Shown: positions 1-64,000 of the stretch, in pieces
Layout of the letters: the number at the start of each line of letters is the position of its first letter
How positions within the stretch are numbered: the stretch's first letter is position 1
Origin: Gnetum montanum
Lineage: Eukaryota > Plantae > Gnetophyta
Direction of reading: 5' to 3'
Assembly: GCA_015680685.1 (NCBI GenBank)
Contig: MNCI01000651.1
Location: 806,001-870,000, forward strand
DNA length: 64,000 nucleotides
Translations under genes and position numbers: made by a program
The notes under the pieces: model-generated
The model's input: the letters and a program-made list of their open reading frames with translations, nothing else
Told to the model about the DNA's origin: nothing
The model's database searches: none

Positions 1-1959
1 ATAAACTCAGTGGTGATAGAGTAAACTAAGCATAAATGTGTGTTTAATGTTATGAATGTTGAAATGCTTGGGTTTGTGTATGAAACTATAATTAGCTATT
101 ATAACAGAAATTCAACTAACCTTGTTGAATATTGTGAGTCATTAAGGATTTCTATTTTGTCAAGTCACTTAGTCTATATAGTCCATATAGTATGTTGCTT
201 GAAACAAATAAAATTTCACCAAAGTGCTTAAACACAATTTTGTAGAAATCTACTCCTAGTTTTCCTCAGAGAGAAAGATTCGCAAGAAAAATAAAAAAAG
301 AGCGAGATTCAATGGATTTTAAAAGAGAAAAAGAAAGAAAAGCAGATTTGTGTGAAACCTCAAACATTTAAGCGAGATAAATTGAACATGAGGAAACACT
401 TAGAAATAAAGCTATTCCAATTCAAGCTGAAGTGTTACAAATTGTCCAAATCCTCTAAGCTCAACAAACAATTCCGTAAAAGACACTCTTATTAAACTAT
501 CAAAATGCTTCGTAAACAGCAAAATACAACCTATTATTTGGCTAGTTAAATTGTTGTCAAGAATTGCAAATAATAGAGCTATCAAAAAAGATTTAACAAT
601 TTCAAGATTGAAGCATAAAGGAAAAGACTTTAAAAATTGAAGTTATTTCAAGTCAGCTCAAAATATCAAAGATTTTTTAAACCCTATAGACTCAAACAGG
701 CATTTCATAAAGACATTACTATTAAATTTCTCAAGATGCTTTTCAAAAGACAACATGAGCTCTTACATGGCAACCAAATAGAAGTCTAGTATTGCGTGAA
801 AATAGAGCTATAAGAGCAATCAGAAAATCCCAAAATTAAATGCCAACCATAGTATTATCTAAACCATTAATTAAGCAACTAAGACAAAATGAGAAGAAAA
901 GAACTCACAGGATTTAAACAAAGTAGCTGAATTGATGATGCAATTAGCAGGCCATTTTTGCAAGTAGTCTTTAATAATTCTTCTTGATCTCCCTTCCCCT
1001 TATTCTACCCTTGAAGCTCTTTTTATAGTGGCTTTTGCGTAGTTACAATCATCATAGGAAATTTAAGTGTGTTATAAATACTATGGGAGTTGGTTATAAC
1101 CACCATATGAATTAATGAGAATTAGTTATAACCACCTTAGAAGTAAAATGCTATAGTTGCCAAGTGTTATGTTTGGTAGTTACAACCACTGTGGTAGTTA
1201 ATTATAACTACCATATATATTAAAAGTTACAATTGACACTTGTTCCATACATATAGGACGTTGAATAATTGCCTTATAAATTCTCTTTCTTCTTGAAAAA
1301 ATAACTGTATTTCTCTTTTCTTCTCTTCTTCTTTTTGTTAAATAATTCACTCATTCCCATTGGAAAGCCTGAATTGTATATCACAGGAAATAATATTTGA
1401 AAACAAACATGAATTATACATACAAATCATGAGAGCAATGTGCAGGAGAAGGCAAGATCTGTGGTAAGCCTTTTGGAGAAGGAACAACAAATGTCCATGC
1501 TCAAATCCACAGCAATGGCAACCACCATGAATATAGTAGCATCTGATAGAGACTTCACATAGCGCAAGCCCAGCTGCACTTGCAATTTGGTGCTTCCTCC
1601 TCTTGTTGTTGTTGTTCTTCCACTAGTACAACAATTTGCCATTGTCATTGCTTTGGATGTTGTTTTATTATTCATTGTTTGCACTGCCATGACGAACCCA
1701 CTTGGAATTGGCAGCTCAATGCTCATCTTCATGTTGTCACCTTTGCCTCTGGCATTTGATGGTACTCCTAGAAAGAAGCATGGCCATGGTACTAATGTTG
1801 TTGTTGAGCTGATTCAAAGGTGATAATGGTGGTCCTAGTGAGTGTGTCTGATGTTGATCAATGAACTTAAAGCTGTAGTTGATTTGGGCTTTGTTTGAAT
1901 GTTTGGACTAGGTTTGCTTCACAATTAAATTACCTTCAATGCATTAAATCTAGATATTA

Positions 1960-4370
1960 TGTAAAGATAAATTTATTTGCTAGAAAAACAAGAAAGCTAG
2001 CTATCTTCAATTAAATTATTTGAAGATTACAATGGGGTTCACACAACCCACAAGCATCTAAAAACCTATTACACTCAAACGATATTGCAGAGCATGAGGC
2101 TCTACAATCACACAATGGTTGTTCTCAACGTAAGACACAACTAAGAGAAATATTTCCTACAACTCGGGACTAAGATCTCAACTCACAAGTGAGATACAAG
2201 AGAATAGAACACATAGATCAACACACCACAAGTTGATCTTGGAGTTGCAATCACCTATTGCACTCACCCAATGCGCTCACCCCATTTCTCTTGCTTAGTT
2301 CTCCTTGCATACAAACCCTCCTCCCTCTTCATGGATGAAGGCATACATGATTATAAAGATCCAAAACCCTAGGAAGCTTTCTATTTGCCTCCCTAGATGT
2401 TTCCCACACAGATTTGGAGTCTTTTGGATGTTTCCCAGTCGAAATGCCATGTCAGAGCTTTTTTTCTTTGTTGACATAGACGTCTTTTGTTTCATGTAGA
2501 CATCTCTTGTGTGGGCTTTGTTCTTAGGAGAGATGTCTACTATTTTTGGGAGACGTCTTCTTTGGATTGGAGATGTCTACACTTCAGGGGAGATGTCTGT
2601 GAGGAAATGTCTATCTTTCTAAGGAGACGTCTTCTGTGAAAGCTTTGCTCTCAGGAGAGACATCTACTATTTTTGGTAGATGTCTTCTATGGACTGGAGA
2701 TGTCCTCACTTTAGGAAAGACGTCTTTGGAAAGACGTCTTTCCTATTGGGGAGACATCTATCCTGAAGGTGCCAAAAATAAAAATGCTTGTTTTGATGCT
2801 AGGAGGCTCTGAATGCCTCCCAACAAGTCCCCATAGACCTTGGAACCTCCTAAACTCATCAAAATAAGCCAAAAACACCTCGAAACATGCCAAAACATCC
2901 AAGAATCTTCATCATAAAAATTCAACACAAAAACACACACAAAAACTGGACACATGAGGCCATAAATGAAAGGTCTTTTAGTTAGAACACATGCATGAGG
3001 GAGTCATGGGCGGAACACATGTCACACGTGGAGTAAACGAGGCAAATGGAGGGAGTAGTCACAATGCACGTGGTAATGGTACGCACGACAATGGTGGACT
3101 AACTGGCCTACGGGAGATGGGCCTTGAAGGGTTTGGAAAGGGCGGGGTGTTGCAAGTTGCACTTGGCCAGCTAGGATCAGATTGTGCACCCTCAATTTGT
3201 GGGGGTTTGAGGATTTCAAAATTCGAAGATGAACTGACACTCGGTCAGCAACGGCTATTGCTTTGTTTCACCTGCCAAACTGAAGAGACGGCCTAGTGGA
3301 TCAGGATCATGAATGCCAAGTACATTCGGTGGTAGTTAGGGGCACATGATTGGAGGCCTTGGCATACACTTTGCAGCCATGCACTGCAAATGCAATCATT
3401 GGGGTGGTTGGAATGTGAGCTGCGTTGCCTGCTATCGGCCATGTATTCGTTGGTGTTAGGATGGAATTAGGTTTTGGGGGTTTCCCCCCTCCCTCGGTTT
3501 CCTGGTTTACAGTTGTTGGAGCTTGAGATCTCCCATGTGGGCCATTGTTGGTGACCCAAATTTGTACTCTCTTTTGTATTTTACTTTCTAGTAATATTAT
3601 CCTGAACATTCTCTCTCTCTCTCTCTCTCAAATAATAAAAAAAAAAAACTAGACACACACATCCAAGTCTTCTCCAAGCTTGAAACTTGCAAAAACAACT
3701 TGTAGGACAAGCACAAGGAAATTAGAAGAGGTGTTTCTACACCAGCTCTCCCACCTTTCAAAAAGTGAACTCATGTGAACAAGGGAGTAGAAGTGATCCT
3801 CCACTCAACAAGTTTGGTCTCATGGACCCATACAACATCATCAATGGATTGATCTTGCCAATGGATTAAATTTTCATGCCTCTTGGCTTCCCAAGTGCTA
3901 GAAGGTTCCTCCTGCTTGAGTACGATTGCCTTCTTCTCCATTGAAGGCTTGGACTTATCAATAGCCTCCTTCAGCTCATGGATGCTTCCCTGTATGGAAT
4001 CCTCATCAACTAGTCCATGATAGTGCACAAGATCTAAAACATTAAACACAAAAGACATACCGACATCATTTGGTAAATCAATTTCCAAAGCATTGTCATT
4101 AATTTTAGCATTGAATTTGAAAGGCCCAATCTTCTTAGTTTTCAATTTGGAGAAGTTAACACTTCTCAATTGCTTCTTCTTCAAGTGCACCCAAACCAAG
4201 TCACCAACAACAAAATTAGGCTTTCGTTTGCCCTCATTCCTCTTGAGGACTCTCTCTTCAGCCTTTTTTCGAAGATTTGATTTTACTTGTGCATGGAGAC
4301 CCCTCATCTCTTGCACAAAATCAACACTAAGTTGAGCTTCACCATCAAAGCTCTTCAAAGTGTAAACCAC
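1960..4370 (-). mobile_element. Ty3/Gypsy chromovirus (CRM-like) remnant: integrase C-terminus with chromodomain-like tail (3771-4370), polypurine tract and LTR (~1960-3744, interrupted by a LINE fragment)
   Basis: ORF 3771..4370(-) contains VGDLVWVHLKK...SKLKTKKIGPFK...KINDNALEIDLP...VFNVLDL and HENLIHWQDQSIDDVVW. A purine tract AAAGGTGGGAGAG precedes TGGTGTAG on the - strand. Homologous to 62144-63610. Confidence 0.8.
2991..3648 (+). mobile_element. LINE 3' fragment (ORF2 C-terminal region plus (CT)n/poly(A) tail) inserted in the chromovirus LTR
   Basis: 3170-3390 (GGLRISKFEDELTLGQQRLL...) matches the LINE at 49453-49690; ends in (CT)n and an A-run at ~3631-3648. Confidence 0.75.
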
Positions 4371-6208
4371 TCAAGAATAGATGAAAACCTGTTACAAAGA
4401 AAACTAGCAAGCCCTCAACCTCTCTCTAATATCATTGTGTTGGCGAAGAACAATATAGTGGAGCATATGGCTAGAAAAAACACCAACATGTAAGATAAAA
4501 CATAGAGATGACACTATAAAAAATCCTGAAGATAATTAATGAAATACAAAATCGAAATTAGAAGCAATACAATAGTTGATAAAAATGGCAAATAAAAAAC
4601 ACAAGATTTACAAGGTAAACCACTCAAGAATAGATGAAAACCTCTACAAGAGAAGCCCAACTTTTATTGCTAAATTGATCCAAATGAGGTGCTCACATAC
4701 AATGACTAGGAATCCAATTCTTAGATAAATAGGCAAAGCTATGTTACAAATTCTATTCTAGAAACATTTGGAAGTTATCCTTCTTGAAGGAATTTAACAT
4801 TGTAGAACATGCTAGAGAATCACTTTTAAAGTAAAAATACACCCCGATAGAACCATCTAGAAAGAACTTTTTAACTAATAGTAGGTCATCCCTTGCAGAA
4901 AGTGATATTTATCAATTAAGTAATAAAGCTACAAGATCTAGCTTCACATTAATGACACAAATGACCCCATTGTGCCTGGTTTCTCTCTTTCAGCCAACTA
5001 GAACCCCAAAACGGTTTTCCACCTGCATGACAATATTGTTGATGTGCCAAGCCAACTTCACCTCCACTTCATGTGTGCTAGCTTCTTTAGTGAATTTTAA
5101 AAGGTGCTACCCTGGATAAGGGCAAGTTCCACCGCTAATCTGGGCCAATCCTTCGTGACCCAGGTCTACATGTCATGAAAAGCTGGAGCCCTTCTAGAGA
5201 AAGTCCTGATCCAGGCATGCTGGAAACGTTTTTGTTGATTTAATTCAAGGATAGAAATTAGCAGGCACACTAAAAAATATAAATAATAGTCAAGAATTAC
5301 TTATACATTTTAAAGTTTAAGATGATGATAGGTTGCTATAAGATTTTTTTTTTTGAAAAAATGCATTTTATTTGAAATGTATTTTAAATTTATTTTACAG
5401 GTAAAATGCCCTTTGACAGGCATTGGCTGCTTTAAATATCCATTCTTGAAACCCTCCTCTGTCCTTGTAGTGCAGAAATTGACCCTAGCTTTTACATATT
5501 TCTTCTCAGCTTCCACTCTTTGTGACCCTTTAAGCTCCTTGCAAATGAAACTTTCATCCCACGTTGTTGAAACGTCATCTCTTTAGGGCAGGGGCATCAT
5601 GCCACGGCAGCAGCTATGGCAGGACTGTTAGCACTGAAAATAGGACCCCCCCACACCTCAACAGCCAAACCGTCATAACTGTAGAAGTTTCCTAATCGAC
5701 CTGATGTTTGCTATTTCCTTCAACTTATTCATCAACTTTCATGAAAGATGGAGATAACTGCTTTCTGTAGAATGTTATTTCTGGAGTATGTTGCAAGGTT
5801 TTTGTGAAATTTATTTCCTGTTAAACATGCCTGAAAAGCTGTGCATGAAATATACTAAGTTTATCATCATCATTATCATCCTAGCCTTATCCTAACTACA
5901 GGGGCTCTGTTATATATGTTCTTTTACACGATTCATTTCTATGAAGAACCAAATAAGCATTAATACGCAAATCTTGGATGTCTTTCCTTATACAAGCAAA
6001 CCAAGTATGTTTTGCTCTACCTCTTTATGGGTTTCCTTTAACTTTAATCAAGTGACTTCTTCTAGCAGAAGCAAATACACTAAATTTATGTCTGTGATAT
6101 CATTTGTAGTTTGCAGTTGTGATAATGGATTATATGTCACTCATGTATGAGTATTACTTTTTTGCACTATAGTTATTCATTCCAATGTTGACCAGCTTTG
6201 ATTTGCAG

Positions 6209-58961
<52,753 letters not shown>

Positions 58962-61749
58962 GGATATTGCTAAATCAAAGCATGGATAAGCCCTTTTATG
59001 TGAAACTTATTTGATTTTGTTTCTGACATTGTTATAAATTAATACTCTTCCATTTCATAGACATGAAAAATAATTGGTACTTTCATATGGTGTACTTTAT
59101 ATAGCTTTGTTGGATGCTATTCACATTGCTTTGCGATGCCACCAAATTTGCGATGTTCACACATGGTCAAATTAGTGTTTCTTACTCTCAACTAAATTTA
59201 ATTGTTATAATACATTTTGAAGCATTGATTTTCTGGGTTCAGGTGCTTCTGCAAAGCTGGTACTAGTTTTACCAATTTTATTTTGATTGGTGAACGTTTG
59301 ATAGCCAATTATAGAATTTGAAACATTGGTTTGTCAAAATTACAAAATAAAATCTGAAAGGTATCGCTCATTGGTTAAGACTTACGTCGCGAATAATATA
59401 AGTCAGATTCCAATGGAGATATGCTAAGTTTTAACCTCATCAAAATACCAAATTTCATGAAAATGCTTGACTACGAACTTGGTATATCAACCAATAAAGT
59501 ATGAGTTCAAGTTTTGACTAGGCACTATTATAAGAATGTGAATCAATTGGGCTGGGCAAAATCAGTAGGTATCGATAGGCCATAGATTTTCAAATTGTTT
59601 GTATCTGAAACAAGCGCAGGACTTTATGGATAATAAGTTTAAGAAAAGATCTCTAAATGAAAATAAACAAAGATTATAATAGGCGGTAAATTTTGGTTAG
59701 TAAACACATAATTTAAGTCATTTCTAGTATTCACTTTGTTGGGCTCTTGCAAAGTTTTGTTCGAATTCATGAATTTTTTGAAGGGTGTTTATTTTAGAAA
59801 ACTTTTTTAAGGCTTGTTGAAGATTTAGGATTATATAATTGCTATAAGCAAGGTAGTGCTTTTTGAGTTAAGTAGATGCTTTTTAAAAAAATATTATAAA
59901 TGCTTCTTGGAATATTTATATTCCCAAAAAAAATGTGAATAACTAGGATGTTATAATTGTTGCAAGCAAAGTAGTGGTTTTTGTATTATGTAGATGGCAA
60001 ATTGATTAATTACTTGCTAGCTACTTATGTTTGACACGGCAATTTCATTTGTAATTGTATTATTGTCTTACATGTAATTTCATTTTAAGTGTGATTATCA
60101 TCAAACGGATTTTTGGAAGGTGTGTAGTTTTGTTGGTATTTAGAACTTTCATAAAATTAAAATTAAAGTTCATAAGCATGCATGGTAAGTGTTTAATCAT
60201 CATGGTAGATTTTAATATACAATGAACCATGGGATTTTACATCTACGACTTTTTAGAACTTTGCATAATCTTTACATTTTTTTTTTAATTTAAACCTTTT
60301 GAATCTACAATCAATAAATATGTAGGAAGGATGTCAAAAGTATATTATTTCACAAGTGTACTTTTGTAGTGTAATTTGTAACACCACTACCTTGGAGAGC
60401 ACATTATCAAATGTTCCAAAGTAGATTTAAGATGGATTACACTTCAATATACTCAAGAACTTGCAACCACGACAATAACCCTAAAATACATGTTACAATT
60501 TAGCTCAATGGTTAGGAATGGTGTAGGGATGCTTCAAATATTGATATAAATAATGAAATCATCGAGACATGTACTCAAATACCATGGAGAATACTAACAT
60601 GTACATAAGTCATAATAGTTCTTAGTATAACTATGAACACACTCCTAGCACACATGAGTCATCAAGTAATAGTGGGATGCATGTAATACTCTAGTGGTTA
60701 GAACTTAAACATGTGCTTTATAAACTATTAATTTATGTTAGTCTTAGCTATGTTTATATTTTAATTACAACATGATTTAGGATATATTAATATTTTACTA
60801 GTAGCTTATATTAGTAATGGCTAATGCACTTTCTTTATGCTTAATGAGATTTGAACTTGAAACCTCTTGTATTAATTGGTATGCATCATGAAGTTTGAAC
60901 ACTTAACCCTTTGCTTACATGTGATGCGTTGGTAGTTTATTTATCTTTTCTTTTTATAATTCTTTTATTCCTTTTACTTTTAGATTATTCTTTTATTATA
61001 TTTCTAACCCTTGTTGCTCTAGATGGATAAATTGAAAGAATGGTGGCAACCCATTGCTAGTAATTTATTTATATTTTAATTATGTTTTATTCTAATATTT
61101 TTAAATAAGGTAAGAATATAATGTTGAGATATTAAATATTTGGGGTTTATTCCAATTATTCTTTTAGTCATCTTGGAACTCACTCTTGAATATTTGGGCT
61201 TACTTTAGTATTTTCTTTGTGACTTTAATCCATTAGTTAATCATTGGATCCTCTTCATGGACACGTTACCTGATTTTTCAAAAATAGATTATTAATTCTT
61301 TATTCTTGGAATTGTCTAAACCCTACATATTGTGGCTATAAATACTTGGTAATATTAGCTCTTTGATGAGGAGCTCCTTTGGATTCTATAATCCAAGCTC
61401 TCTCGAACCAAAATCAAGCCAAATTTGAACAAGACCCCAAATATTAAGATGTTCAAACTAAAGTCCAAATTTGTGAAATGCCTCTCAACCAAGTTTTTCT
61501 TCATCTCAAACATCACTAGAATTAGCAATAAGAAAAACACAAAACAACACATACACAAAGAATAAATACACAAAAATACTCCATTGAGGATTATATATGG
61601 GTTGGGTAATGTCCTCATCATTTGTTGCACCTTTGAAATGAGACTTATCTTTAAGTTTGCTTTACACTTGAGATAGCATTAAACCCCCACAAATACTTCT
61701 TATAAACCAAAATTGCATTTTCAGGTCTTTCATCATTCCAATGCATGAA

Positions 61750-62060
61750 GTACTCATGCATTAAACCCAAATTTCTTTAGCCCATCAACCATTCTTAGTA
61801 AGAAATCATAATTTTCCCAAAAAAGACTTTTACCAATTTTGGTGTGAAAAGCATTGCCATATGAGAACTCAACATTGGATAGCGTATTTTCCCATCTTTG
61901 AGGTTGATCCTCACACAAACATTTCAATATCTTATACAAAGATCTACTTACTACTTCAATTTGCCCATTTATTTAAGGATGATAGGCTCTAGAAGATGAT
62001 AACTTGGTTCCAAGCAATTTCCAAAGTGATCTCTAAAAGTGACTAGTGAATTTGATGTCT
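61750..62060 (-). pseudogene. Gypsy integrase core fragment
   Basis: ILKCLCEDQPQRWENTLSNVEFSYGNAFHTKIGKSLF matches the LRC....P..W...L...EF.YN...H...G.SPF pattern. Confidence 0.7.
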
Positions 62061-62143
62061 CTATCACTTATAATATTTAAAGGAATGTGGAGCAAGTTCA
62101 CTCCAATATTAAAATCACCTTCCAACACTAAATTTAGATATTA

Positions 62144-63610
62144 TGAAAAGATAATTTATTTGCTAGAAAACAAGGAAACTAGCTATCTTCAATTAATTCA
62201 AAGGAGAAGATTACAACAAGATTCCCAAAACCACAAAATATCAAAAACCTTTCAAAAACACTCAAATGATGCTGTAGAGCATGAGGCTCTACAACCACAT
62301 AATGGTTGTTCTCAATGCAAGACATAATTGATGGATAATCTCTTTACCAACCTAGAACTGAGATCTCAACTCATAAGCCTAGAATACATAGGCCAACACA
62401 CAATACAATTTACCTTGGAGTTGCAACCTCTATGCACTTACTCAATGTGCTCTCTAACCCTCTTGTCAAGCTCTCATCAACTTAAGAACTCTCATCAAGA
62501 TATCTCATGAACTTTCCTTCTTGGTACAAGCATGCAGCAATCCATATTTATTAGAAATAAAAGAGAAAAATCTTAGAAACCTTCCACAAGCTCATCTTAG
62601 AGTTCCCACATTGTTTCTATCTTTTCCCACCTTCTCTTAACTATTTTCCAATTTGAAATAGTCATTTCTAAACATTTCCCCACCATATAGGTCATCTCTT
62701 GTCCCTTTGGGTCATTTTCGATAAAATAAAAACTTTTGGAAGAGAAGTCTTCTATGAGTGGGAGATGTATCCTTCTTGGGTGAGATATCTTCTTTTAAGC
62801 TAAAACATCTCCCTTGAGACGTCTCCTCTGTTTAGGAGACATCTCCTTTACAATTAGAGACATCTCCTTTAAAGACTTAGCTCTTAGCAGAGACGTCTAC
62901 TACATGTCCTAGGCATCATCTATGCAGTAATAGCTCCTAAACAAGACATCTCCTTGACCTTTAAGACATCTACATAGATCCTAAAACTTGAAAAAATTAC
63001 ATGTAGGAAAACATTATAGGATTAGAAGATGTGTCTCTACACCAACTCTTCCACCCTTGAAAAAGTGAACTCATGTGAACAAGGAAGTAAGGGTTGAAAT
63101 GATCCCCCACTTATGCACTTTTGTCTCATGGATCCATACATCATCCATGGATTGATCCTCCCAATGGATTAAATATTCATGCCTCTTCACTTCCCAAGTG
63201 CTAGAAGCTTGCCTTTGCTTAAGTACAGTTGTCTTCTCCATTGAAAGCTTGGACTGATCAATAGCCCCCTTCAACTCATCGATACTACCCTATATGATCT
63301 CCTCATTAGCAAGTCCATGATAGTGCACAAGATTTGAAACATTAAACACAAAGGACATGCCAACATCTTTTGGTAAATCAATCTCAAAAGCATTATCACT
63401 AATCTTAGCCTTAATTCTAAAAGGTCTCAGCTTCTTAGCTTTTAACTTGTAGAAGTTAATACCTTTCACTCACCTTTTCTTCAAGTGTACACAAACGAAG
63501 TCACCAATAGAAAAATCTAGCTTCTATAGGCTTTATTTCTCTTGAGGACTATCTTTTTAGTCTTCTTCTCAAGATTTAACTTAATTTGTGCATAGAGATA
63601 CCTCGTCTCT
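62144..63610 (-). mobile_element. Second chromovirus (CRM-like) remnant: integrase C-terminus/chromodomain-like tail, purine tract and LTR (~62144-63044)
   Basis: Direct homology to 1960-4370 (e.g. AAAAAGTGAACTCATGTGAACAAGG; HEYLIHWEDQSMDDVWIHE). Confidence 0.8.
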
Positions 63611-64000
63611 TGGGAAAAATCTCTTGATAACTAATGCACTTTATAATATCTAGGATGAGAAATAGCTATCAAACCCAATCTAGTAGCTGCCCTAAAACAA
63701 GTAACATTTTCTTGAGCTTCCACATCAATCAAAACATGAATTCATTTTCCACTAATCAAGCATCTAGCCCCAATTTGAAATAATAATTTTCTATTAGGAT
63801 GATTTCCTCTATTCACATTCTACATAAATGCACAAGAATTTAATTTATAAACTTTCTTAATTTTTGGAGCATTAGTGATGAATCACATTTTTCACAGCTA
63901 CCCAATATCATAGCCTTAACATCGGGTATCCAATGTTGGAGCCCAAGACGTGATGTCGGATATCCAATATCGTAGGGTATATGCCAACCTATAAATACAA

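Noticed and set aside
1427-1823. ORFs in the (TTG)-rich stretch
   Set aside because: Low-complexity sequence with no recognisable motif or splice context; cannot be supported as coding.

Overview
Repeat-rich land-plant nuclear DNA. One host gene is visible: a plastid/mitochondrial-type monodehydroascorbate reductase (MDAR6-like) on the + strand. It has 14 in-frame GT-AG exons between 6209 and the stop at 58961 (396 aa); its 5' exons are not in the window. Four introns are very large (6.5, 24.3, 14.7 and 4.7 kb) and are filled with decayed retroelements. These include about nine copies or fragments of an L1-clade LINE group, a rearranged Tat/Ogre-like Ty3/Gypsy element and a small LTR-like element. 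Chromovirus (CRM-like) remnants sit upstream of the first visible exon and downstream of the gene. The main discovery is that the LINEs carry about 1.3 kb of extra coding sequence after the zf-RVT end of ORF2. It encodes a plant-transposon-protein-like domain, a long coiled coil and a C-terminal J-domain (DnaJ/Hsp40, HPD motif). The J-domain is intact in a young TSD-flanked insertion at 9775-10412 and recognisable in three more copies, including a full-length TSD-bounded element at 13832-19930. This suggests a non-LTR retrotransposon that encodes its own Hsp70 co-chaperone module. All domain calls come from manual translation and motif recognition; no searches were run.
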